The notes beneath the pieces were generated by a model that saw nothing but the letters and a program-made list of their open reading frames with translations, did no database searches and was not told where the DNA came from. A stretch of 64,000 bases of DNA. Source: Strigamia acuminata (Eukaryota). Below, piece after piece: positions 1 through 13,500 of this stretch (the stretch's first letter is position 1; every line of letters begins with the position of its first letter). Location: assembly GCA_949358305.1 (NCBI GenBank), contig OX442314.1, forward strand, positions 9,362,001-9,426,000. Reading direction: 5' to 3'. The translations under genes were made by a program, and so were the position numbers.

Positions 1-272
1 TAGAGGGCCAGCACGCATGAATGAAAGAAAAAATCGTCGAGCGATAAAAATACATTTTCCGTTTAACGACTTTTCTCTCTACGTTGCTTCGATGAAAATC
101 GAATTTTTGATTAACGTTGACTTATATCAATAAACCAGACTGTTCTTAAAGTATTTGACCAACTGTAGGACCATCATCTATAGGTGCGTTCAATTTTGCG
201 AAAAGAATGACAAATCTTTCCTTTTCTTCCTTTTTGGACACCGGAAATGACGTAAAACACATCATCCAAAAT

Positions 273-807
273 CGAGGGGGTAGCCAATGCTGGAAATCTC
301 GTACAAGCAAAGATTTTGGATTTCAAAATCCTCGAAATCTCATGAAATCCTGGAAATCTTTAAAATTTCATGAAATCCTGGAAATCTTTAAAATTTTATG
401 AAATCCTGGAAATCTTTAAAATTTCATGAAATTCTGGAAATCTTATAAATTTTCTTCCAAATAGTCACAAATTCTAGCAAAATATTTTAAGAAACCCACA
501 TGAAATTCTGAGAAACCCTTGTAAAATCCTGAGAAATCCTTGTGAAATCCTGAAATCCTTAGAAATCCTTGAAATCCATAGCAAATCCCTGAAATCTTCG
601 AAATCTTTCAAATCTCGTGAAATCCTGGAAATCTTGGAAATCCTGGAGATCTTATAAATTGTTTTGCAATTTGGTGTAAATTCTAACAAATCGAGCTGGA
701 AATCTCGCACAGGCAAAGATTTTGAATTTCAAAATCCTTGAAATCTCATGAAATCTTCAAGGATTTCAAAATCTCGTACGCGATTTTTGCGATTGGCTAC
801 CCCCTCG
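273..807. mobile_element. Non-autonomous DNA transposon (MITE) with 16-bp TIRs, imperfect 8-bp TSD and internal GAAATC(C/T)T satellite
   Basis: CGAGGGGGTAGCCAAT (273-288) is the exact reverse complement of 792-807. Flanks are TCCAAAAT (265-272) and TCCAAAAG (808-815), 7/8 identical; 8-bp TSDs are typical of hAT/P superfamilies. Confidence 0.7.
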
Positions 808-2369
808 TCCAAAAGATACTTTTACAAAAAGTAGCAATCGGCTATATTCCCACTAGTGTGCGTCAACCTGTACAACTTAAAAGGTTTCAAAACAAAATAA
901 TAAAGTCAACGAAACAGTCTCAAAGGCCTAATCAAGCATGCAAATACAGTAGTGGCTATTTCAGTCATTTGTTTACAATTTTTTTTTTTAAATTAGCATA
1001 CATTGTAAATTTATGCACGGGGCCCCAAAGTTCAATTCGAAACCCCGACCCGGAGTCACGTTTGAAAAGGTGCTCCATAATTCATCATCTGAAATGGGGA
1101 TCAAGTGAAGTTTTAGTGAGCTGCTCCCACTGCCGCAAGATGGCGAATGGAGATGAGGGTTGTAAAGTTGTAAACTTTCCAGATTAGATGCACAAACAGC
1201 TGAGCTGACATTCTTGGTTTTTCTTCTCTCTTTAGCTTATTGCATTCGTTTTACGTCTTCTCAGACCCACGCGTTTTACGAGCTGCGGTTTTCGAGAGCG
1301 GCGGAACTGAATGCGGCTTCCCCCTTGTGGCGGTATCTCGCGTCACTTGTCGTAAATGGAGCTGATTTTGAAAAATAAAAACGGCTATTAACTTGTTTTC
1401 GGACGTACTTTTTATTATCCGTACACATAAATTCTCAACTTTTGTTAAAAGTTAAAAATTATTTTTTAAAAAAAAAATGTTACGACAATAAAATAAAGTT
1501 TTCGCGTTCTAATACATCGCTATAGAATTTCAATCTATATTTTAATTTTGCTTCGGCAATACGTATACTAAAATCGGAACGATTTCTAATGGCGTAATGT
1601 CACTTGGCGGTGAAAAATTGCAGTTGTCTTGAGGGGGATGTTCATTGCACACACGCACACAACTAAATAACGGATAAATTTTTCAATAGAAAAATATTTT
1701 TGCAATTCAAACTGATAGTGTTTATTTTCTTGTGTCTAGTAGTTTTCAAGAGGGGTCTCTGAACTCTACACATAGCTGGGAGCAATCAGAGAAGAGAGAA
1801 ATTTTTTTTTTATATTTTAAAAAAGAAAAGAAAAAGAATATGGTGGGGGGAAAAAATGGAAGGGGAAGAGAAGAAACAGGCTCAAGGCGAGAGGAGAATT
1901 TTTATTAAAAGCTTTGTTGTGATTCATCTACAGCATTTAGGCTTAAATAAACATTGGAAAGGCGATGCGCAGTTTGAGCATGAAACTTCAACATCTTTTC
2001 CCAATTTTTAATGTCTGTTTAAGAAGATTGAGTTGGTTTTGTTTTAAAGAATAAGATTTTGATATTTATGGTTACTTTAGTTTGGTTTGTTTAATGCGTT
2101 TATTTTATTTTTTTTAATCTTGGATTTATGATTTTTATGATTCAAGTATTTAATGGTTTTATTAATTAGGTTCTATTGTTGTTGTTTGGAGTTGTATCGT
2201 GTTCGTTTGGTTTTTATTGCTTTTGTTTAGGTTTTATGACTTATGATTAATTTTTATTTAGATTTACGTGTTGGGTTTAGTTTTTATTTTTTATTTAGAT
2301 TTTGGTATTTGGGTTTAGTTTTTCTTTTCATTTAGATTTTGGTGTTTGGGTTTAGTTTTTATTTAGATT

Positions 2370-2985
2370 TTGTGGCTTTTGTTTAGTTTTTGTTGCTTTT
2401 GTTTAGTTTTTATTGCTTTTGTTTAGTTTTTGTTGCTTTTGTTTAGTGTACAAAAGCAACAAAATCTAATATTAGATTTTGTTGCTTTTGTTTAGTGTAC
2501 AATTAGATTTTGTTGCTTTTGTTTAGTGTACAATTAGATTTTGTTGCTTTTGTTTAGTGTACAATCAGATTTTGTTGCTTTTGTTTAATGTACAATCAGA
2601 TTTTGTTGCTTTTGTTTAGTGTACAATTATATTTTGTTGCTTTTGTTTAGTGTACAATTAGATTTTGTTGATTTTGTTTAGTGTACAATTAGATTTTGTT
2701 GCTTTTGTTTAGTGTACAATCAGATTTTGTTGCTTTTGTTTAGTGTACAATTAGATTTTGTTACTTTTATTTAGTATTTCCTTAAGTTTTGTTACTTTTA
2801 TTTAGTATTTCCTTAAGTTTTGTTACTTTTATTTAGTATTTCCTTAAGTTTTGTTACTTTTATTTAGTATTTCCTTAAGTTTTGTTACTTTTATTTAGTA
2901 TTTCCTTAAGTTTTGTTACTTTTATTTAGTATTTCCTTAAGTTTTGTTACTTTTATTTAGTATTTCCTTAAGTTTTGTTGTTTTT
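2370..2985. repeat. 31-bp minisatellite with two sequence variants in succession
   Basis: TTAGATTTTGTTGCTTTTGTTTAGTGTACAA units (~2470-2760), then GTTTTGTTACTTTTATTTAGTATTTCCTTAA units (~2760-2975); shorter related units upstream. Confidence 0.9.
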
Positions 2986-3867
2986 GTTTAGTTTTCATTG
3001 TAATTGTTTGGTTTACACTATTTTTGTCTAGTTTTCATTCAGATTTTGTTGTTTTTGTACTGTTTTGATTGTATTTCTTAAGCTTTTATTTAGATTTAGT
3101 TGTTTTTGTTATCTCACAGCTTTCATATTTTCTGTTAGTTTTATACTTTTTTCTTCACTGTTTTTATTTAATAAATTATGCAAATAATTTACTATAAACT
3201 CCACAAAACCAAACAAAAAAAAACAAAACAATTGCCTTCCAAACTATTCCCTCTCCCCAACCAACAACAAATTAATTCTCCTCACACATTTTCTCACCCA
3301 TACAACTCAAACAAACACAAAAACAACTTGTTTTATTACATTTATTCTATGTTAACCCCAATACTTGATCTTCATTTCTGATTTAATGTAATAATTTCAC
3401 TTTTATAGCTTGTTTTCTACTTCACAGCACCACACTCCCAACCCTAATCTTGTATTTCTCCCTCATGTGTATTCATCTGTTCATCATCTTTCTTCTTTCA
3501 ATTTTTTTTCATTATCCTTTTTGCTTGTTGCATCAAGCAATAAAAAGAACAACTTGTGGCATTTCATTGCAACAAACCTCTGACCTTTCACCAACTTTTT
3601 CCATACAAATACAAATAGGTCAAAGATCACTCTAAGAGGAACTTTGATTTGTGTGTGTGTGGATGATGCTTTATACTAATTGTCTCCCATCCACTGAACC
3701 AACTCATATTTCTCTCCTTTAATTTTTATTCCAAACAGGTTGTGAAAGTCAAAACCCAATATCATTAGTAATATCAAATACAAAATTACCCAATAATTTT
3801 TAATTGTCTATTATATTATCTTTAATTTCAGTTTAATTTAATCTAGTTTGATTTTTCAGGTGTGAAA

Positions 3868-3971
3868 ATGAAGTGGATATCTCTTAGTGTCATCTCGGCT
3901 TTGATTTCCACCTGCATGTCAGGACACATGGCAAACCAATTCGTTCGGAAGACTGACAGACCTGAGATAGA
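3868..3971 (+). CDS. Secreted knottin/ICK peptide precursor, coding exon 1 (signal peptide + short propeptide)
   Basis: Acceptor TTTTTCAG ends at 3859 and ATG is at 3868. Encodes MKWISLSVISALISTCMSGHMANQFVRKTDRPEI with a hydrophobic signal-like N-terminus. Phase-2 donor GA|GTATGC at 3971/3972. Confidence 0.75.
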
Positions 3972-4159
3972 GTATGCTAACTAGTACACTTAATGGTTTT
4001 ATTTAATGTAATCGTCTCAAGTTTACCAGAAAACTAACGTCATGTAAACGCACTCGGTTAACCGGATAAATAAAATCCAAATTTTCACTTATTTGGAAAA
4101 CTGTTACCATGTAAACGTAGTATATTGTACATCCTGATTAATTCTAATTTTTTGTCCAC

Positions 4160-4326
4160 CACCCTCGTTATAACGAATTCCAAAAAACCCGAGAAATCGA
4201 CCCGTTATAACAAAACTTCGTTATATCAATTTTTTTTAATATGATGTTCTACAGCCAACCAACCAACCAAGCCATTTCTAACTATTGGTTAAATCAAGCA
4301 GTTCGTTATAACGAGGTTCGACTGCA
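4160..4326. mobile_element. Degenerate Tc1/mariner(pogo)-type MITE in the knottin intron
   Basis: CCCTCGTTATAACG at the left end and CGTTATAACGAGGTTCGACTG at the right end; same TIR family as 19365-19771. Confidence 0.6.
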
Positions 4327-4352
4327 TTAAACAAAAAAAATAATTATTTCAG

Positions 4353-4512
4353 AGGATGTCTTCCACAAATAAGTTTGTGCACCGTCGGCGCACAACCAGA
4401 ATGCTGTCAACTCTACACTTGCACCCACACATTATTCAACGAAGATACGCGCTGCATGCTCAAATTGGACAAAGAGGGCGAGCCGATTGATTGGACGGAA
4501 AAAGTCGGCTAA
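4353..4512 (+). CDS. Secreted knottin/ICK peptide precursor, coding exon 2 (mature cystine-knot domain)
   Basis: Acceptor TATTTCAG ends at 4352 and is phase-compatible with exon 1. Encodes (E)GCLPQISLCTVGAQPECCQLYTCTHTLFNEDTRCMLKLDKEGEPIDWTEKVG*, with C-X6-C-X7-CC-X4-C-X10-C spacing. AATAAA near 4592. Confidence 0.8.
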
Positions 4513-5149
4513 ACTTCCACGAGAAAAAAAAAATATCAAAAAATAATTTGTAACCCTTTTTAAATTACACCACTTATAAACCTAAATAGAAAATAAAATA
4601 AAAAAAACCAAGCATGAAGCAATGAATGTCTTTTGGGGTATTTGCACATCAACTGCAGGGTCCATCTGGACTCGGGACCTTGGCTGATTGCCAAGTAAGT
4701 GGAGGAGCCCTCGTTTAGGTGCCCGGGCAGCAGGTACACACCCCTTCTCACCCCTACTTTGCTCAAAGACCTCGTACTCGTGGCAAATTGCCAAAGAAAC
4801 CATTTTTTTCTTCTTTTTCAATTCGGCCATTGACACATGAGAGATGGCACAAAGAGATTAATTTTTTAAAAAAATTAGGTTTTATTATAATTTTTTTTTT
4901 TTTACTATTATGTTGTTAAATAGAAGGGGGTAGAAGAATCAAGGGGTGGATGGAATTAGAAAGCGAGGTCTGACTGTTTTCTTATCTACTCATCCGACTC
5001 CGTCTCCTTTTCTTGCGTTATGAGCGACCCCTGGTGGCAGGAAAATCTCCGCCAGCTGTTGGATGACCTCAGGAGTTGAGTGACAAGCTGGTCGACATCA
5101 GTGGTAATATGTAGCCAGGGTATTTACTGTTCTTTGGGGTCTCAAAGTG

Positions 5150-5500
5150 CGAGTTTTCGTTTCATTTTTTATGGTCTTGATTGCAAAAATGAATAATTTG
5201 TATTAAATTTAGATTTGACCTCGTTATAACGAAGTGTTTACGGATATACAGTATACTTTCTTGGTTGTCAAAGTGTGAGTTTAGAGTGTTTTTGTTTCAT
5301 TTTTTTGTGATTTTAATTTAAAAATTGAATAATTTGTATTAAATACAGGTCTGACCTCGTTATAACGAAGTGTATATAGAGTATATACTTTCTTGGTTGT
5401 CAAAGTGTGAGTTTAGAGTGTTTTTGTTTTATTTTTTTGTGATTTTAATTGAAAAATTAAATAATTTGTATTAAATACAGGTCTGACCTCGTTATAACAA
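5150..5500. repeat. ~122-bp tandem repeat, about 3 copies, carrying GACCTCGTTATAAC
   Basis: AATAATTTGTATTAAAT...GACCTCGTTATAAC recurs at about 5191, 5328 and 5459. Confidence 0.75.
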
Positions 5501-7369
5501 AGTTAAGTGTTGAGGAGAGTGCCAAAACCATGTTGTTGAAAAAGAATAAATTGTTGGGGTTTTGAGAATGGCAATTCAAAATATGATGAAAATAATTCGT
5601 TATAGCGAGGTTTGGCCTATATATTACAAATTGAAACCGGATCCGTATGAGTAACTTTTTATTACTTTTTTTGGATGTTAAAACAAGGGATGTATAATTA
5701 TAATTAAGTATTGTTTTGTTCGAGAGGAAAAAGTCAACGTTTAGAAATCCGGCTGCCATTTTGAAGTTGAAAAACTCGTCATGGTTTTGCAAGTTGCTTA
5801 AAAAGATAAACATGTTAACGACTCTTTTTTTGTAATTAAATTAAGTCTTGAGAAGAAGAAAAAAGAAATTAAAAGGATGGGAAATTTTTAATGTTGAATA
5901 TTGCGAATTTCCGCTGTGTTGATTGAGGGTTATAAAAAGAGTTAAGAGTTTGTGATTATGAGGATATGAAACTCAAGATTGAGACTTGAGAGTGTCTCAA
6001 AGTTAATTGCGTAACAAAACTGATTTAATTAATTTAATAAAAACTTTTTAGAGTTCAATTTGTTTGGTGTTGAACTCTTTATTAAAAAATATCGTCATTG
6101 TTAAAAAATGAGTAATTTAAAACAATGTTAGAAATAAAACACAATTTTTTTTAATTTCTTTATTCAACAATATCAAAATAAAAACTGTTTATAATGAGTA
6201 ATTTTAAACAATGTAAACAAAAACAACAAAAAATAACAAAAACCGGTTTTTATTTCCATATTATTTCCTCTCCTATTGTTAATTTTTTTTTAAATTTAAA
6301 CCTAAAATTTAAAAAAAAAAAAAAAAAAAATGGAGTTAAATATGGAAACTAATTTACAAAATTCAAAATAACATTTTATAACCCAAAATAAATTTTAAAA
6401 AAATAATAAAATCTAAAATAACTTGCCACTTTCACAAAACTTCGTTATAGCGAGGTTCCATACATCCAACCCATCAAATTAATTAAAAACGCTCTTAATT
6501 ACAACCAAACCCGCCATATTTTTTCTCCAAATCCAGCTCCATATGACCAGAGTAAGGTTACGCTTGTGCGCAATTCATTAATTAATCATAGTCACTACAT
6601 GGGGGTAACCAGACGCTTGAAGAGAGGGACGCCATGTCAATTAGGATCCACTTCACGGACCCGGGTACGCGGGACACAAACACCACGCCTACTAACCCAC
6701 AAAAAACAGTCAAATATCTAAACCTTTTATGATAAAAATAATAATAATTCATACGGGCCAATCTTTGCTTTCTGCATCCACATTTCGCTTCCTATTTCAC
6801 ATTCCAGTTACATGAAACGTTTCTTCATCTTCTTTAAATCATTCATCGTTGCAATTTGACTCTCTACAATTTTCTTTTTTATACATAAACTGAGTTTTGA
6901 CCTTCATCCTCCCCCTTTATATTAAATTATTTTTTCCCCTGCTATTTTATGACAGTGACACCTTGCAACATGTCTGCAAAACCAGCTCGCGTGCATTTAA
7001 GTGATGATCCTTCATTTTGTTGACACCGAAAGAAAAAAATGAGATTTTTCTTTTTTATTTATTTTTCAAAAGAAAAAAAAAGTTTTTCTTCGAGTCAACG
7101 GCAGACGGTTTTGTGATGAGTTATTTGTTGAATAATGCATGTCAACAATGTCTTTTTTTTACAACTTAATGTGTAAAATTATTATAAAGTGTGTATTGTG
7201 GTAAAAATGTTGGTAATGATGTTCCATGTCCTCCGAAGAGGGCAGTTAAATCTAATTCAAGTTGCTATCACTTTCAATTTATGGTTGGTCACTCCTGTCC
7301 GACATGAAAACTGAAAAAAGCCGCTTCTGTAAACATCTTTACCGATTACTGTACACAGGCCAATCAAAT

Positions 7370-7745
7370 TCGCCATAATGAGGTTTACAAGCAACAAAAA
7401 GCTAAAAAGATAAAACCATTTCAACAATTAAACTTGAATTTCGTTATAATGAGGTTCCAAGCAATAAACAAGCCAAAAATAAAACTATTTCAACAATCAA
7501 ACTTTTTATTTCGTTATAATGAGGTTCGAATCAATAAACAAGCCAAAAATAAAACTATTTCAACAATTAAACTTTTTATTTCGTTGTAATGAGGTTTGAA
7601 TCAATAAACAAGCCAAAAATAAAACTATTTCAACAATTAAACTTGAATTTCGTTATAACGAGGTTCCAAGCAAGAAACAAGCCAAAAATAAAATTATTTC
7701 AACAATAAACGATTAAATTTAAACTTTGCTATAATGAGGGTTTCC
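7370..7745. repeat. ~70-bp tandem repeat containing a MITE-TIR motif
   Basis: TTCGTTATAATGAGGTT...AAGCCAAAAATAAAACTATTTCAACAAT repeated about 5 times. Confidence 0.8.
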
Positions 7746-10700
7746 AATATCTAAAAAAAAACAATGTTCTTCATGTACCTGGATAATCAAATCTTGTTGC
7801 ATCAATCAAACTACAATTCCCCACGACATTCGTCAAATAAAAAAATCCCTTTTTGTCACGTTCGGACGAGACTCATCAGCGAAAAAGAGACGCGTGGCAG
7901 ATTTGTCATCGCACAAGACAAGAGAAACTGGTAAAGAGAGTAGAGAGAACTTGACTGATGATGTTTGTGGCACCAAATACAATGTCAGTGGCGGAAAAAT
8001 GGCGGCATACCCTCCACACCACTAAAATCCATCAAGGTCAAACATCCCCCCATCCCAAAAAAAAAACCAACGCGCGCGTCCCACTCCCTCCCTACACCAC
8101 ATCCCTCTCATCAGTATGTTTGATGGATGCCATTGGTCCTATTTCATCCTCTTGGAATGTCCCACTTTTTTTTTCCTTCTTCTTTTACTTCTTCTCTCTT
8201 TTTGTACTGCAGAGAAGTTCCAGATGTGTGTTTTGTATAATGTGTTGTGTTTTCTTCTTAAACCCCCCCCCAACCCCCCCCCCCTCACCAGTCTTCAATT
8301 CCACTCCATTTTGTCTTTTTTAAAAACTTAAATCTATCAAGTTTAACTAACTCCATTCAAGTGCAAATGCTGATTGTGTGAGAGTTCTTTGCTCTCCGTG
8401 GTCATGAATTCAAAGTCAGCGGAGTGGAATTAAAAGGGTTAAAGTGGTCGAGATTTTGACACCAATGGGGCTCATTTGTTTTGTACCAGTGGACAGTATC
8501 AAAACCCCATTTTTCAAAAAAATAAAAAAAAAACTTCTAAAACCCTTTTAGAAAACCCCATCTGAGTGACCCTTTGATGTGGGTCTTTAATTCAACACAA
8601 TGCAGCCCTCATAAGCTCTTACATCATCAAACAATGGCGGCCGGAAGTAGGTGTTTTGCAGTCCAAGTCTCCAACTGGTTAATGATAGGGGCACTATTTG
8701 AAATGTGCCAATCAAAATCTATTTTATTTTTCTAAAGGGAGGAGGAGGGGGGGGTTATTGGAAGGAGGGGGGGGGTCATAAAATGAAATTCAATTGCTAT
8801 TTTATTTACTATCAGATTCTCTTGTTTCCATAGCAACTCGATTGACCTGATTAGTGTAATTTGTTGAGTGGGCAGAAGGGGGGGGAAGGGGATGGGGGGA
8901 AAAGAAGGAACAAGAGTTTGTTTTTAAAGCTTAATTGAAATTTGAATAGGGAGTAAATGGAGATGCAAATATATTGGCAAATTGTTTTCCTCTTGCTATT
9001 TTTTTTTTGTTTTTATTTTTTTAAATTTAAATCCCCATTTTTATTTTTTTCCGCAAATTCTTTTGTCTATTTGATGAAACTGCAATTTACTTAATGGACG
9101 CGCAAATAAGAGACACACAACCGGAAATTAATGAGATGGCATCAATTTTTCCCTCGGTCTTTCTCTCTGCAGATGCATAACTAATCAGAATCACATGACA
9201 GAAGCTAAAATTCATCATTTCGTTATAACGAGGTCCAGTTTTGAAAATGTTGTTTTCCTATGAATTATCATTATTTTTTTAATGTAAATTATTTAAAACA
9301 CTCCAAACACAGCAACTTTTAAAAATAAAAAGTAAAAATCAATTTCGTTATAACGAGGTTTTCTCCATTTGTTCTCCGAATCCGACAAACAAAGTGAAAA
9401 ATGTCAATTGCAACTTGGTAACTTTTTAGTGTCTATCAATTTCTCCAAATGCAGGCATCATTTTTCAAATGTCAAGCCAACATGGTTGACTCGTAATGGC
9501 TTCCATTGGACTGTGTTAGTGGCCATCAGGGAACTAATGAGGGAGGAAGAATAAGGCATGTGTGGGTTGGCCAGGACTTGGAGAGAGGATAAAAAGAAGC
9601 TGTCCACTACAAATCAAACACAGCGAGCAATTAAGCAGTTTTCTGTCTCCCTTTTTGTCCAGTGGCTCAACTCCAAGTGCCTCTTATCACCATTAGTGCA
9701 ATTTTTGATGACAACACCCAACTCTGAAGTGGGCAATTTACACTTTACCAACAAACAACACACAATATGACAAACCCATGTCCAAAATATATCCATTTTG
9801 CTTTTTACTTCTTTATAGCCCCATTTTGTTGCAAGGCTTTGTCTCATAGAAATAACAAATTCTATCAATGACTATTAAATTGCCATTCTACCACAACAAC
9901 CCCTCTCCTATTGCTGTTGCCTTGGCAACCATAAAGAGCATAAAGATTGAAGGGAGGGAGGGGTGGGGCAAAATCCCCCCTGCTAACCTGTAATTGGAAA
10001 ATATGATGAGAGAGAAATGGATCAAAGCAGCTTCATACTGGAGTACTCCCACACCACTATTTCGATTTGTAAGACCTTTCAAAGGATTATCAGTAATAAC
10101 AGGGCACTGTATTAATTAACAATTAATGAGTCCATCACCAGGGCGGTACTCACTTCATGTATATATTTATTGATAGCAACTGGAGAAATAAATAATTTAA
10201 AAATAATAAGGATATTCTTTATTCAAATGATACAATTTGGTCAATCTTTAATTAGCCTCTCAAAAATGACCATTTTTATAAGTGGTTGGAGCAATTCGGC
10301 TTAAAGCGAAAACCCGATATCAGTCTCCGGCAGAAAAATGGCAAAAACCTCGTTATAGTAAACTGCCTAGTGTTCTGTGTAACAATTTGCTTTTACATTC
10401 AATAGAATCAACTTTAAAATTTCCAAAATTTGGATCCAGCTAAGACGTAAAAAACCCAAACTATTAGAAATTCGCTATAACGAGGTTGGTAGTCTAAAAA
10501 ACAAAGTTTTCAACCCAATAATTCTGTATAATTGCAAAAAAAAACTCCTTAACAGCAAAAATTTCACGATAACACAAGTAATTCGCTATAACGAGGTTTA
10601 CGTCAACTGGAAAAGTAATTTCTTTAATTTAAAACATTTTTCAGTTCTAATGATAAATTTGTTGGTTTTTTCCAAACGTTCACTCATGTTGTGACCATGA

Positions 10701-11789
10701 CAAGCGAAAATGTGAGATTACCCCACCCCTTTAAATCCTCGTCTTGTATCGGTTTCTCAATAGTGTCCATCCATTTTGACGTAATTTTTTTACATTTTAT
10801 TAAGGAATGACCAATTTAGTGACGACAGATGTCAGTTGCAGATGATGCCCTAATTGGGAGCTTCGTTTTCCAAATGATTATAACATGAGTTGCAGAAAGA
10901 GGACGCAGCTTGTTATCAAAACGCTCTTGAGAACATGACCTAGCACTACAAATGTAATTAATTGCTCTACATAATGAGAGAGAGAGAAAGTACGGAATTG
11001 TCACCCGTTTGATCCCCCACTTTGAGGTAAAATGAATTAAAACGCGAGTCAATTTGAAGCCTGTGCAGTCATCAATCTTGTCTGGTCGTGGCAGTTTGAT
11101 AAAGAAAATCCCTCCATCTCCCCCACCCCACCCCATAAAAAATGGTGTAAATTTCAACCACTACTGACAATTTATCATGGAACCCCCAAATGACCACAAT
11201 TTTAAAAATTTTATATTTAAAAAAAAGAAATTATTTAATTAAAATTAAAACCTCGTTACAATCCAAACTCCGTTATAACGAATTACTAAAAGTAGAAACA
11301 AAAGTCGTTGTAACGAGGTTTTTGCTGTTTTACTTTTATTAACTCGTGGGACTTGAAATGTTCAACCCTAGCAATTGCAAGGGGCCTCCCTGGGATTGGT
11401 GTACAATAGGCCCTCGTTATAACGAAGCTCACTATACACTGATTCACTGCACAACTGTACTTGTAACCAGATATTGTTACAATTATTATGATGGAAAAGC
11501 TTGCTGTAACCAGTATTGGGCGAGATCTCAAGTCATGCAAGAAGTACTGTCAAAACCCGGAACAGGTGTTGTACCAGCAATGCAAGACCCAGTACTTTGA
11601 AAAAAAAGTACAGTATACTGTATACAGGTACAGCAATAGTACTGAGAAAAATCACAACAATATCATGTACTTACAGTGTTCTTAGCATTGATTGTAGTCA
11701 ATTACGATTTAGCGTATAAAAGAAGCAGCCATTGAGCCAGTGGCCAAATGCCAAACACTGGCTGTAAACCACACTGTAACGACACTATA

Positions 11790-12200
11790 AAACTTTGTTT
11801 TACGCTGTAAAACCTCGTTATAATGCTGTAAAACCTCGTTATAACGCTGTAAAACCTTATTATAACGCTGTAAAACATTATTATAACACTATAAAACATC
11901 GTTATAATGCTGGTAAAACCTTGTTATAACGCTGTAAAACTTGCTATAACGCTGTAAAACCTCGTTATAACGCTGTAAAACCTCGTTATAACGCTGTAAA
12001 ACCTCGTTATAACGCTGTAAAACCTCGTTATAACGCTGTAAAACCTTATTATAACACTAAAACCGTATTATAATGCTGCAAAACCTCGTTTCAACACTAC
12101 GAAACCTCATTATAACACTGTAAAACTGCGTTATAATGCTGCAAAACCTCGTTGTAATGCTGCAAAACTTTGCTACAATGCTGTAAAACCTCGCTATTAA
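11790..12200. repeat. 21-bp minisatellite GCTGTAAAACCTCGTTATAAC
   Basis: Direct tandem copies; the unit contains the MITE TIR core CCTCGTTATAAC. Confidence 0.9.
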
Positions 12201-13214
12201 CAAAATTTTAACTGAACTTTTACACACTCGCTTCGCGCTGTGTTTTTGGAACAAAGTAATAACACCAATCAGGGTCGACTACAACTGCAAAATTTCGTTG
12301 TATCGAAATTAGACCATCCTGTATAACAAACCCAAAAAAATTAATTCAATACTTTACACCTTAACATAAAATCACATTGTGCATCAAATCAATTTTTTAC
12401 CAACCCTCGCTATAACGAAATGTGCTGAGGGAGTGTCATGTTTATTTATGTCGATTGTGCGTTTTAACTGATAAGAAAAGTGATAATTGAGTGCATGTTG
12501 TACGCGTGTATGGATATTATTCATCTGGTTTTGATGTCGAATTTAGTGGCATCCTGTGAGCGCGTTCCGCCTGGGTGGCCATGCGATCACTGATTACCGT
12601 GTTCAGCTGCGTCCTGTTCACTCATACAAGTGGAAAATACTCCCTCGTGCTCAGTGTCCTGTCTATCCACTGGATTGGCGGGAATTTGATCGAGGAAAAA
12701 CGAGGGGTGATCGAGGTAGAGAAAGACAAGAGAAGAGAGTGGGGGGATCACTACTATTGTGTGTCATGTGGGGGGTCCTCTTTTATCCTACTCTTTAAAT
12801 CATTGATGCAAAAAAAATTGTTTATTACCGTAATATCAATAAATAAAAAATGACGCTATTATTATTATTAGGAAAACAAAGTATGACAACATAAATGATT
12901 TTTTTAAGTCTCCATCTGTAGCTGATGGAGGGCGTTTACTGGTCAATTTTAGTTTTGGTTAATTGTCGCTGTGATGATAATTTGGGATGATTTATGGGGG
13001 TATAAAAGCAAAGTTTTGAAGATTTTGTAACAAAATTCAGCAAAATTTTACGTTTTTTAAGAATAAATTATTTTTTGTGTTGTTTTTAAAGTAATTTGTA
13101 CACATTCTAAGCAATTTTCAGCAAATTTTTGTGTATTTCAGCAAATTTCAGCGATTATTGCATTTTTTTTGCAATTTTGTTCTTTTTGCACATGGTTAGC
13201 AATTTCCGTTAGCT

Positions 13215-13500
13215 TTGCAGATTTTTAGCAAATTTCAGACATTTTTAGCAAATTTCAAACATTTTTTAGCAAATTTCAGACATTTTTCAGCAAATTTCAG
13301 ACGTTTTTTAGCAAATTTGAGACATTTTTCAGCAAATTTCAGTCGTTTTTTTTTAGCAAATTTCAGATATTTTTCAGCAAATTTCAGACGTTTTTTAGCA
13401 AATTTTAAACATTTTTTTAGTCTTTCAGACTTTTTTTGTACATTTTAAGCAAATTTCAGACTTTTTTGTACATTTTTAGCAAATTCCAGATTTTTTGCAC
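13215..13500. repeat. ~21-bp minisatellite TTAGCAAATTTCAGACATTTT
   Basis: Tandem copies; explains the spurious ORF 13215-13448. Confidence 0.85.

Noticed and set aside
10145..10159. 15-bp exact match GGTACTCACTTCATG with 41066-41080 (minus strand reads ATGAA|GTGAGT, a possible alternative first-exon donor)
   Set aside because: One 15-mer match in 64 kb is within chance expectation, and the flanks do not align.
11790..12200. CRISPR-like appearance of regular short repeats (also 19365-19771 and 39800-40370)
   Set aside because: The units are tandem with no unique spacers, there are no cas genes, and the context is eukaryotic; these are MITE-derived satellites.
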